A stretch of DNA of 64,000 bases from an uncultured Gammaproteobacteria bacterium. GTDB taxonomy: Bacteria; Pseudomonadota; Gammaproteobacteria; SZUA-229. Every line of letters begins with the position of its first letter. The first letter of the stretch is position 1. Below the pieces are notes generated by a model. The model was not told the origin of the DNA and did not search any database. It saw only the letters and a program-made list of their open reading frames with translations. The stretch is taken from contig CAWUSX010000016.1 of assembly GCA_963924875.1 (NCBI GenBank), positions 6,663 to 70,662 on the forward strand, written 5' to 3'. The position numbers and the translations under genes are program-made. Positions 10,782 through 17,875 of the stretch are shown one piece after another.

Positions 10782-12032
10782 TTAAATAGATTGTCGGTGC
10801 CCGTTCGGTTTCCACGAAGGTGCAATTACATTTGGCATTTCAGATTTATTAATCAGCCGACCCGGTGCCAAGGTAAGTTCACCGTAACGTGTATTAATAT
10901 TATCAATAACGGCATTTAGCTTGCTCTGTTCTTGCGTTGTTATTTGATCTGCAAATAAATCCATCTGGCTATTTTCATGTTGTGGATTTAATGCGGTAAT
11001 TTGTACCTGATACACGGCTTGGTTGGCCCAGCATTCATTTAATACAAACTGACAGAGGCGTATTAATAATTGCGTGTCATTACTGGGTGTGGGCGTTTTA
11101 ACTTTTTGCCCCAGCCAGCCATTTTGAGTTTTTAAACCAATAAAAAAAACCGATGCCGCAAATTTATACCGCCTTAAGCGTGCGCACACTCTAACTGCCA
11201 TGTGAGTAAGATACGTCAGTAACACATCTTTATTTATTGTATTAGGTGGCAGTACTTTTCCGTGACCGATGGTTTTGGGGTCAGCTACATCAAGGTGTAA
11301 TTTATCCGGGTCTTCTCCCTGTGCCATATACCAGATACGCCGGCCAATATTTCCAAAGCGTTTAGCGAGTTCGCCGATAGGTAATTTTTGCATATCACCG
11401 CACACATACACGCCCCGCTCCGCTAAAAATCGCCCTATGCCTTGTGCAATGCCACACAGCTCCGTTACCGGCACATCCGTTAAACGCTGACGAGATTCCC
11501 ACGGCGGTATCACGGTGAAACCATCGGGCTTATTTAACTTCGCCGCATATTTTGCCGTGGTTTTATCGCCACTAATACCAATCGAACAAAGCAAACCAGA
11601 GGCGTTGTAAACCGCTTGTTTTAATAACCGGGCAATGTAAACAGGTGAACCATACAAAGCCTGACAAGGAGTCATATCTATAAACGCTTCATCAACCGAA
11701 AATATTTCAATGTCTGGACAAACCGTGAGTATTGCCTCCATGATTTTGCCTGATGTCTCTGCATACACATGCGGCCGCGACGGGCGCTGAATGAGATCAG
11801 GATAAAGCCTTCTCGCCGCCTTTAAACGCATACCGGTTTTAATGCCATAGGCACGCGCTTCATAGGAGCTGGTAATAATGCAGGTGCCTTGCTTGCCGTT
11901 TGTGACCGCAAGAGGACGCCCACGCAGCTCAGGAAAATCTCTGGCTTCAACCGCTGCAAAAAAACAGTTCATATCAACAAGGGCAATCGCCCGTTCCCAA
12001 TGAATCGGGCATTGGCTAGTAACGTTATGCAT
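10782..12032 (-). CDS. Y-family (DinB/UmuC-like) translesion DNA polymerase
   Basis: 416 aa. N-terminal catalytic motif ALVDMNCFFAAVEARD, SVDEAFIDMT, and a little-finger region. Its ATG lies 2 nt after the lexA stop (TAAccATG). Confidence 0.88.
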   Translation of the reverse strand: MHNVTSQCPIHWERAIALVDMNCFFAAVEARDFPELRGRPLAVTNGKQGTCIITSSYEARAYGIKTGMRLKAARRLYPDLIQRPSRPHVYAETSGKIMEAILTVCPDIEIFSVDEAFIDMTPCQALYGSPVYIARLLKQAVYNASGLLCSIGISGDKTTAKYAAKLNKPDGFTVIPPWESRQRLTDVPVTELCGIAQGIGRFLAERGVYVCGDMQKLPIGELAKRFGNIGRRIWYMAQGEDPDKLHLDVADPKTIGHGKVLPPNTINKDVLLTYLTHMAVRVCARLRRYKFAASVFFIGLKTQNGWLGQKVKTPTPSNDTQLLIRLCQFVLNECWANQAVYQVQITALNPQHENSQMDLFADQITTQEQSKLNAVIDNINTRYGELTLAPGRLINKSEMPNVIAPSWKPNGHRQSI

Positions 12033-12034
12033 GG

Positions 12035-12631
12035 TTAATAGGTTCGCAGCGTGCCGACAAGCACACCCTGTATCCGTACACGATCGGCTGAATATATAAC
12101 GGGGTTCATACTGGCATTGGCGGGTATAAGCTTAATACGCCCATGTGAGAGTGGGCGATAGATTTTTAAGGTCACTTCCAGATTATCAATCAGCGCAACG
12201 ATCACCGAATCTTTCGCCGCGGTATCACACGACTCAATGACCACCGTATCGCCATCCAGAATGCCCAGCTCAACCATAGAATCACCCGAGACCTTTAAGG
12301 CATAACGGTTATCACCACCAAACATCTGGTTTAGATTAATACTGTCATAGCCCGATATGGCCTCTATTGGCTGACCTGCGGCAATTTTACCCAGCAACGG
12401 TATGAGCATGCCCTGCTCTGCAATATCATCAGGTAAGCTTAAGCCTCGATGCGAACCTTCTTCATTGATGAGATGCCCCGTATCGATTAAGGCTTTTACA
12501 TAGCGGTGTGCGGTGCCCAGCGATTGAATGCCAATACCCTGCGCTATCTCCGGGTAAGTGGGCGCACGACCACAACGCAGAATATAGGCCTGTATAAAAT
12601 CCAGTGTGCGTTGCTGACTATTGGTAAGCAT
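12035..12631 (-). CDS. lexA: LexA-type transcriptional repressor (wHTH plus S24 self-cleaving peptidase)
   Basis: 198 aa. N-terminal LexA DNA-binding domain (PTYPEIAQGIGIQSLGTAHRYVKAL), an Ala-Gly cleavage-site context (GKIAAGQP), catalytic Ser (VSGDSM) and Lys (TLKIY). Confidence 0.9.
   Translation of the reverse strand: MLTNSQQRTLDFIQAYILRCGRAPTYPEIAQGIGIQSLGTAHRYVKALIDTGHLINEEGSHRGLSLPDDIAEQGMLIPLLGKIAAGQPIEAISGYDSINLNQMFGGDNRYALKVSGDSMVELGILDGDTVVIESCDTAAKDSVIVALIDNLEVTLKIYRPLSHGRIKLIPANASMNPVIYSADRVRIQGVLVGTLRTY
12551..12620. repeat. Direct repeat copy A (inside the lexA 5' coding region)
   Basis: cgggtaagtgggcgcacgaccacaacgcagaatataggcctgtataaaatccagtgtgcgttgctgacta. It matches 14529-14596 with 8 differences in my manual alignment. 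Confidence 0.9.
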
Positions 12632-12681
12632 AAACTTTCTCTAAACATTCTCAATAGAGAAAGAATAGAGAAAGTTTATGC
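12628..12681 (-). promoter_or_regulatory. Perfect 16-bp inverted repeat enclosing the lexA start codon, with an internal 11-bp tandem repeat
   Basis: gcataaactttctcta (12628-12643) pairs with tagagaaagtttatgc (12666-12681). aatagagaaag occurs twice in tandem (12653-12663, 12664-12674). The lexA ATG is the complement of 12629-12631. Confidence 0.6.
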
Positions 12682-12800
12682 AAATAGCAATATAGAATGC
12701 CCAACAAACAGACTACGGCCAATATTGATATATAATTAATACAGATGTTAATTAATGAAGATATATCACATATAATTATCATTTATGTTAATTTATATAA

Positions 12801-12828
12801 TTGTCATTAAAGTTAATTATGTTAGAAT
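12801..12828 (+). promoter_or_regulatory. Putative sigma70 promoter of hipBA
   Basis: TTGTCA (12801-12806), a 16-nt spacer, then TAGAAT (12823-12828). It lies 31 nt upstream of the hipB ATG, with GGAG at 12849-12852. Confidence 0.5.
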
Positions 12829-12858
12829 GATCACGTTAAATTAACGCTGGAGTTAATT

Positions 12859-13113
12859 ATGAATACACAATTACATGATTTAGTTCTTGAAGCCCTGGAA
12901 ATCGCCAAAAAACAGGGATATAACCAGAAAACCATCGCAGAGAATTCAAATCTTGATGAAGTAAGCATTTCGCGCCTGAAAAAAGCCGATGATGCTATGT
13001 TCAGCACCGTACAAGAATTAGGTAAAGTTCTAGGCAAAAAGCTCATATGGGTGGATGACAAGGACGATTTACCCTCTCTGGTTCAACGCGGTGAATTGTT
13101 TGATTTCAAGTAA
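12859..13113 (+). CDS. hipB: HipB-like HTH (Xre-type) antitoxin
   Basis: 84 aa small HTH protein (GYNQKTIAENSNLDEVSISRLKK). It ends 6 nt before the hipA-like gene. Confidence 0.75.
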   Translation: MNTQLHDLVLEALEIAKKQGYNQKTIAENSNLDEVSISRLKKADDAMFSTVQELGKVLGKKLIWVDDKDDLPSLVQRGELFDFK

Positions 13114-13119
13114 TAATCT

Positions 13120-14508
13120 ATGAAAGATCGTACTGCAGTTGTCTGGACACGCCTTGGCTCTCAACCTACCAAGATGGGCACGTTGACGGTTACGGATCGT
13201 GAATGTCGCTTTACCTATGAACACGATTATGAAGAAACCGGCCTTCGAGGTCTGGGTTTAGTTTATCCCCCCGCTAGCTTTGATAACACAATCACGCGAG
13301 CTCGTACCGAATTCCATGATTTTTTACCACCGTTACAGAGCCTTGTTCCACCACGATCAGGGCGTAATTTCCAACGTGCCCTACTGTTACGTTATTTAAA
13401 TAAAATTGGTGTGACGCCTACAATTGGTTTTGAAACCGACTGGGAAATGCTAATTAGAAGCGGGCATGGCGCGATAGGACATATCGATGTATTTGCGGAT
13501 GATCAAGCAGCCTTGCAATGGTATGCCACGCCTTCAAAAAAAGGACTAATTGAACTGGATGAAAAATTTGGTTTTAGTCTAAAAGAATTCATGACCTGGT
13601 TTGATGGGGATGCAGAGGCTTTACTAGAAGTTCTAGGCCCGACGCCCAGTGTGGGTGGTGCAATTCCTAAAATTCCATTATCAATTAACCATACTGGCTG
13701 GGATGGGCGTATTGGTTTACCGACTCGATTTGGTGACACAGACAGAATTGATATTCTACTAAAGCTGGAAAACACCAATGATTACCCAGGCATTATTGAA
13801 CTGGAAACACTAGGGCTTAAAATACACGCTGAAGCAAACTTTGATGTGCCTCGTTATTGGCCTGTAGAAGTAAATGGTTTGCGAGCACTGGCTATAGAGC
13901 GATTTGATCGTACAGGCACAGGAAGCACTGTATTTATGGAAAGCATGTATTCAATTTTTGCCAGTGGCTCAAAAACAATTACCAATAATTATAGTGCCAA
14001 CTATAATAATATCGGTCAGGCATTAGATAGCTCAAGATTAAAAATTGTTGATGATCGAAAAGCCGCTAAACTTCATTTACTTGAACGATTAATTTTAGCC
14101 ATGATCACCGGTAACGGCGATTTACATTTAGAAAATCTTTCGATATTAGATCGGGATGGTGTACTTGCTTTCTCGCCGGTCTATGACCCAACGCCTATGC
14201 GAGCATACAAAATTCACAACATGTTATGTCCGCCGGGCATGTCTTTTGGTAATTATGGCGAGCTCCCTGATGACTGGAAAGGTAATGATCCGATTGATTT
14301 TTCAAGCGCCATGACACGATTTATTAAGTTATTAGGCATTTCTAAAAAAACGTATATAAATACAGTTGAACGGTTAATGGCTGTAACTGTGGATTATTCG
14401 GATAGAGTAAATGCTTTGCTCACTCTACCTCAAGATAATAAAGACAATTTAATTCGTATCCACCATGACACGGTACATCGTTTCAAAAAACATATTTCTT
14501 CACTGTGA
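13120..14508 (+). CDS. hipA: HipA-family serine/threonine kinase toxin
   Basis: 462 aa. HipA N-terminal region followed by a kinase core with the catalytic loop GNGDLHLENLSIL and SPVYDPTP. Confidence 0.85.
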   Translation: MKDRTAVVWTRLGSQPTKMGTLTVTDRECRFTYEHDYEETGLRGLGLVYPPASFDNTITRARTEFHDFLPPLQSLVPPRSGRNFQRALLLRYLNKIGVTPTIGFETDWEMLIRSGHGAIGHIDVFADDQAALQWYATPSKKGLIELDEKFGFSLKEFMTWFDGDAEALLEVLGPTPSVGGAIPKIPLSINHTGWDGRIGLPTRFGDTDRIDILLKLENTNDYPGIIELETLGLKIHAEANFDVPRYWPVEVNGLRALAIERFDRTGTGSTVFMESMYSIFASGSKTITNNYSANYNNIGQALDSSRLKIVDDRKAAKLHLLERLILAMITGNGDLHLENLSILDRDGVLAFSPVYDPTPMRAYKIHNMLCPPGMSFGNYGELPDDWKGNDPIDFSSAMTRFIKLLGISKKTYINTVERLMAVTVDYSDRVNALLTLPQDNKDNLIRIHHDTVHRFKKHISSL

Positions 14509-14528
14509 GTCAATAAAAATTAAAGGCT

Positions 14529-14596
14529 CGGGTAAGCAGGTCACGACCACAACGCAAATATAGCCCTGTATAAAATCCAGTGTGCATTGCTTACTA
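14529..14596. repeat. Direct repeat copy B (decayed lexA 5' fragment, no start codon)
   Basis: cgggtaagcaggtcacgaccacaacgcaaatatagccctgtataaaatccagtgtgcattgcttacta. Minus-sense translation gives ..TLDFIQGYI.., then goes out of frame through two 1-nt gaps. Confidence 0.9.
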
Positions 14597-14621
14597 CCCG
14601 ATCAGGAGGCCAAATTCTAGC

Positions 14622-14650
14622 AAGCCAGCTTAAATGGCTGGCCTTTTTTT
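14622..14650 (+). terminator. Intrinsic terminator downstream of hipA
   Basis: Stem gccagc / gctggc (14624-14629 / 14637-14642) followed by cTTTTTTT. Confidence 0.6.
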
Positions 14651-14741
14651 GTCCCAAACCTTTGCCAACATCAATTGATTCAGGCCACCATCTCCCGTAG
14701 TATCAAAGCCCATCGCTTTTGTTGTGCACCGTTTGTGATTT

Positions 14742-15353
14742 ATGTTTTTTATCAAAAAATTTTTATTGCTTGCTGCTCTTTGTTGTTGCCTCTCCCAGCC
14801 TGGCCTTGCTTCGAGCATATTAAAAGTCAATATTCAGCAACTGGCCAATCAAGCAGAATCTGTCTTTGAAGGCGAGGTCGTCGCTACAACCCCTGAAATG
14901 AATGCCGACGGGAGCATCTATACCTATGTCGATTTTTTACTGCTGGATGTATTAAGCGGCAATCTCAATGTAGGTGAAACCATCACCCTGCGCTTTACCG
15001 GCGGCACGGTTAACGGCCTCACCCTGGATATGGGTTCTATTATTCCGCAGACGGGCGAACACGGCGTGTATTTTATTGAATCGAACAGCACGCCCCTCAT
15101 TAACCCACTTTACGGCTGGTCGCAGGGTCACTACCGCATACTCACCAATGGCAATATCATCGCCGGAAACAATCAGGTGGTGGTTAAGGTTGGTGCAACC
15201 GACCACAACACTCCGAGCTCTAAATTAAAATTAAGCACAGGGATCGCCAGCGGTATCACCACACTACCTCCGCAAAAAGTTAATACCGTTCCACTGTCAC
15301 CGCCTATTTCGCTATATGAGTTTAAAACGCTCATTAAAGATATGAAGCAATAA
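14742..15353 (+). CDS. Secreted hypothetical protein
   Basis: 203 aa with a signal peptide (MFFIKKFLLLAALCCCLSQPGLASS). Its stop overlaps the ATG of the next gene (TAATG). Confidence 0.6.
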   Translation: MFFIKKFLLLAALCCCLSQPGLASSILKVNIQQLANQAESVFEGEVVATTPEMNADGSIYTYVDFLLLDVLSGNLNVGETITLRFTGGTVNGLTLDMGSIIPQTGEHGVYFIESNSTPLINPLYGWSQGHYRILTNGNIIAGNNQVVVKVGATDHNTPSSKLKLSTGIASGITTLPPQKVNTVPLSPPISLYEFKTLIKDMKQ

Positions 15354-16069
15354 TGATTTTACATTACCGAGTGTTTCATAGCCTTTTGCTACTGCTTGTT
15401 TGCCTGCCATTCCAAAGCGCCCTTGCTGAGAGCCTGGGCAAAAAATGGCCTAAACCCGCAGCCATTTTTTTAATCAGCGAACTACCTCCAGGTGGACCTG
15501 AGGGTAGCCTTCCTGGCAATACAACAACATGGCGAGCAGCCGCTATCCAAGCCACCGATAGATGGAACAGGGCACAAAGCGCATTTAAATTATCCGCATC
15601 CAGCGCCTCCGGTAGTGGAAATTGCACAAGTTCTGGTGACAATATCCTCAGCTTTGCAGACAAAGAATGTGGTACTGATTTTGGTACCAATACACTGGCT
15701 GCCACCAGAGGCTGGTCTAGTGGAGCGACGATTATCAAGGCCGATATTATCTTCAACAATAAAGATAAAATCTGGGGAATATATGATGGCCCAATACGTT
15801 ATACACCGGAGGATTTCGGGCGCGTAGCCATGCATGAGTTGGGACACGCCATGGGGCTTGCTCACACGACGACTCCAAGCGCATTAATGTATTACTCCGC
15901 GAGCAACACCTACCTGCCGACCCTCGATGATGTCGAATCTTTAAAGGCCATTTATACCGGTAGCGATAGCAGTAGCGGCAGTGGTTCAATGGGCTACCTT
16001 GTATTAACCCTAATTCCCCTGCTCGGCCTGAGATTTTCTTTTCCACACAGGCATAAAAAAGCCGACTAA
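15353..16069 (+). CDS. Matrixin-like (M10 family) secreted zinc metalloprotease with C-terminal hydrophobic/basic sorting-type tail
   Basis: Signal peptide, HELGHAMGLAH zinc motif and a downstream Met-turn (ALMY). The C-terminus is SGSGSMGYLVLTLIPLLGLRFSFPHRHKKAD. Confidence 0.8.
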   Translation: MILHYRVFHSLLLLLVCLPFQSALAESLGKKWPKPAAIFLISELPPGGPEGSLPGNTTTWRAAAIQATDRWNRAQSAFKLSASSASGSGNCTSSGDNILSFADKECGTDFGTNTLAATRGWSSGATIIKADIIFNNKDKIWGIYDGPIRYTPEDFGRVAMHELGHAMGLAHTTTPSALMYYSASNTYLPTLDDVESLKAIYTGSDSSSGSGSMGYLVLTLIPLLGLRFSFPHRHKKAD

Positions 16070-16080
16070 AAAGTCGGCTA
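16054..16080 (-). terminator. Intrinsic terminator of the tRNA His-Arg-Pro transcription unit (minus sense)
   Basis: Stem agccgact / agtcggct (16060-16067 / 16072-16079). In minus sense it is followed by TTTTTT. It overlaps the protease stop codon. Confidence 0.55.
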
Positions 16081-16120
16081 AAAAATACTGCTAAGTTTGG
16101 AGATACTACTAAAATGAAAA

Positions 16121-16197
16121 TGGGGTGGATGATGGGGCTCGAACCCACGACCACCGGAATCACAATCCGGGGCTCTACCAACTGAGCTACACCCACC
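16121..16197 (-). tRNA. tRNA-His (GTG)
   Basis: The reverse complement folds as a cloverleaf with the extra G-1, anticodon loop TTGTGAT, T-loop TTCGAGC and encoded CCA. Confidence 0.92.
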
Positions 16198-16279
16198 ATA
16201 ATTCGGTGTTTTAAGCTTTGCACTATTCCTTACAAAGGTAAGGCCTACAGAACTCGTTTATCTACTGCAGGCACGTATA

Positions 16280-16356
16280 TGGTGCGCCCGGCAGGACTCG
16301 AACCTGCTACCCTCGGCTTAGAAGGCCGATGCTCTATCCAGATGAGCTACGGGCGC
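16280..16356 (-). tRNA. tRNA-Arg (TCT)
   Basis: Reverse complement GCGCCCGTAGCTCATCTGGATAGAGCATCGGCCTTCTAAGCCGAGGGTAGCAGGTTCGAGTCCTGCCGGGCGCACCA. The cloverleaf is clean, with anticodon TCT. Confidence 0.93.
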
Positions 16357-16418
16357 AGTATTAAGCTTTTCAACTGGCTGGCGTCACTTATAACAACCTT
16401 GGCCAGTTAATTTAAATT

Positions 16419-16536
16419 TGGTCGGGGTAGAGAGATTACAAAATACGTCCTGTATTTTGCCCTTGCGGGCCGTGCTGCGCACGTTACAAATTGCTCCCGG
16501 CAATTTGTTCGAACTCTTACGTTCAAATCTCTCTAC
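16419..16536 (-). other. Split duplicate of the tRNA-Pro 3' end carrying a 71-nt hairpin-rich insert (pseudo-tRNA fragment, att scar or structured RNA)
   Basis: 16419-16437 equals the last 19 nt of the tRNA-Pro gene, and 16509-16516 equals the next 8 nt. The 71 nt between them (16438-16508) form four hairpins. An 11-bp closing helix joins 16427-16437 and 16526-16536. Confidence 0.6.
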
Positions 16537-16589
16537 TTAACCATGCAAAGCCCTGCCTGATACACGACAAAACCTCGCACTATTTAATT

Positions 16590-16666
16590 TGGTCGGGGTA
16601 GAGAGATTCGAACTCCCGACATCCTGCTCCCAAAGCAGGCGCGCTACCAGACTGCGCTATACCCCG
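16590..16666 (-). tRNA. tRNA-Pro (TGG)
   Basis: Reverse complement CGGGGTATAGCGCAGTCTGGTAGCGCGCCTGCTTTGGGAGCAGGATGTCGGGAGTTCGAATCTCTCTACCCCGACCA, with anticodon TGG. Confidence 0.92.
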
Positions 16667-16903
16667 ATTTTTCTACACTTCCTCGTAGAAGGAGCTGATT
16701 TAAACACTCAAACCCCAACCTCAATACTGATTTCATACATCAGCAAACGAGGAAGCGGATCTTACTCATATCCTTGAATAAGGTCAACCGCTTCTTCTGC
16801 AATTCATTAAATTTTCTATCTTTTTCTTGGTTTAGTGGCTTGTGGAGCGGTACCAATGCATGAGAAAATTCGCCACACAATTTTTCTGGATTTTATCAAA
16901 AAC

Positions 16904-17755
16904 ATGCCTGCACAAATAATAGATGGTAAACAAATCGCCGCTGATTTACATGGAGCGATTAAGCAACGTGTGCAGCAACGCATTGATGCTGGCAAAAAAG
17001 CACCCGGCCTCGCCGTGGTACTCATTGGTGAAGATCCCGCATCTCAGGTATACGTGCGCAATAAACGACTCGCTTGCGAGAAAACAGGCATTATCTCTAC
17101 CGCCTACGACCTTCCTGCCAGCACCACTCAACAGGCACTGAACGATTTAATTGATAAACTTAATGAAGACGAAAATATTCACGGCATTCTGGTGCAATTC
17201 CCGTTACCTGAAAACCTGGACGAATCAGCCGTGATTGAGCGTATCCACCCCAGTAAAGACGTAGACGGTTTCCACCCTTATAATTTAGGCCGATTAGCAC
17301 AACGTAAACCGGCGCTACGCCCCTGCACGCCTTATGGCGTCAAGTTACTACTGGATTCAACCGGTGAGCCATACAAAGGACGTAACGCAGTAATTGTCGG
17401 CGCATCAAATCACGTGGGTCGACCAGCCTCACTAGAGCTATTACTCGCTGGCGCCACAGTTACCACGACGCACCGCTTTACTTCGGATCTGGAAGAACAC
17501 GTACGTCGCTCTGACATCGTTGTTGTTGCTGTCGGTAAGCCAGGGCTCGTTAAAGGTGAATGGATAAAGGAAGGCGCCACGGTGATTGATGTGGGGATCA
17601 ATCGACAGGAAGACGGCACGCTATGCGGTGATGTGAATTTTGCAGAGGCCTCAAAACACGCCGCCTGGATAACACCCGTACCGGGTGGTGTTGGCCCAAT
17701 GACCGTGGCCGTACTCATGCTAAACACACTGGATGCAGCGGATAAGCTTGGCTAG
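16904..17755 (+). CDS. folD: Bifunctional methylenetetrahydrofolate dehydrogenase / methenyl-THF cyclohydrolase
   Basis: The start was moved to [15 protein letters not shown] (ATG 16904), the typical FolD N-terminus. Motifs [18 protein letters not shown] and [13 protein letters not shown]. Confidence 0.93.
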   Translation: MPAQIIDGKQIAADLHGAIKQRVQQRIDAGKKAPGLAVVLIGEDPASQVYVRNKRLACEKTGIISTAYDLPASTTQQALNDLIDKLNEDENIHGILVQFPLPENLDESAVIERIHPSKDVDGFHPYNLGRLAQRKPALRPCTPYGVKLLLDSTGEPYKGRNAVIVGASNHVGRPASLELLLAGATVTTTHRFTSDLEEHVRRSDIVVVAVGKPGLVKGEWIKEGATVIDVGINRQEDGTLCGDVNFAEASKHAAWITPVPGGVGPMTVAVLMLNTLDAADKLG

Positions 17756-17875
17756 GCTTTTCTAGCCGAGCAACAATAGCTTCACTCTGCATTTGCAGTG
17801 TTTAAATACAGGCATTTACTTTGCTGCTACACTTAAATTCGTTTTCAATTAACTGTTTTAGTTTGAAGTTAATCT

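Noticed and set aside
10771-10815. Longer GTG-initiated version of the SRAP-like ORF overlapping the polymerase gene by 34 nt
   Set aside because: SRAP chemistry needs Cys at position 2 after Met removal. The ATG-TGT at 10770 provides this and removes the overlap. The choice remains unproven without conservation data.
12589-12606. SOS-box-like string cCTGTATAAAATCCAGtg inside lexA, also present in the repeat copy at about 14566-14581
   Set aside because: The spacing is CTG-N9-CAG, not the canonical N10. It lies within the coding sequence (TLDFIQAY), so the resemblance is most simply explained by codons.
15376-15865. Several overlapping ORFs (15376..15759 -, 15492..15827 +, 15590..15865 -) within the metalloprotease gene
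   Set aside because: The frame carrying the signal peptide and the HELGHAMGLAH motif is clearly the real one. The others lack motifs and overlap it completely.
15753-16223. 156-aa minus-strand ORF from the six-frame track
   Set aside because: It runs antisense through the protease gene and across tRNA-His and the terminator hairpin. It has no motifs and is an artefact of an open frame.
16589-16777. 62-aa plus-strand ORF
   Set aside because: It is the antisense reading of tRNA-Pro (MVGVERFELPTS... is the typical tRNA-complement translation).
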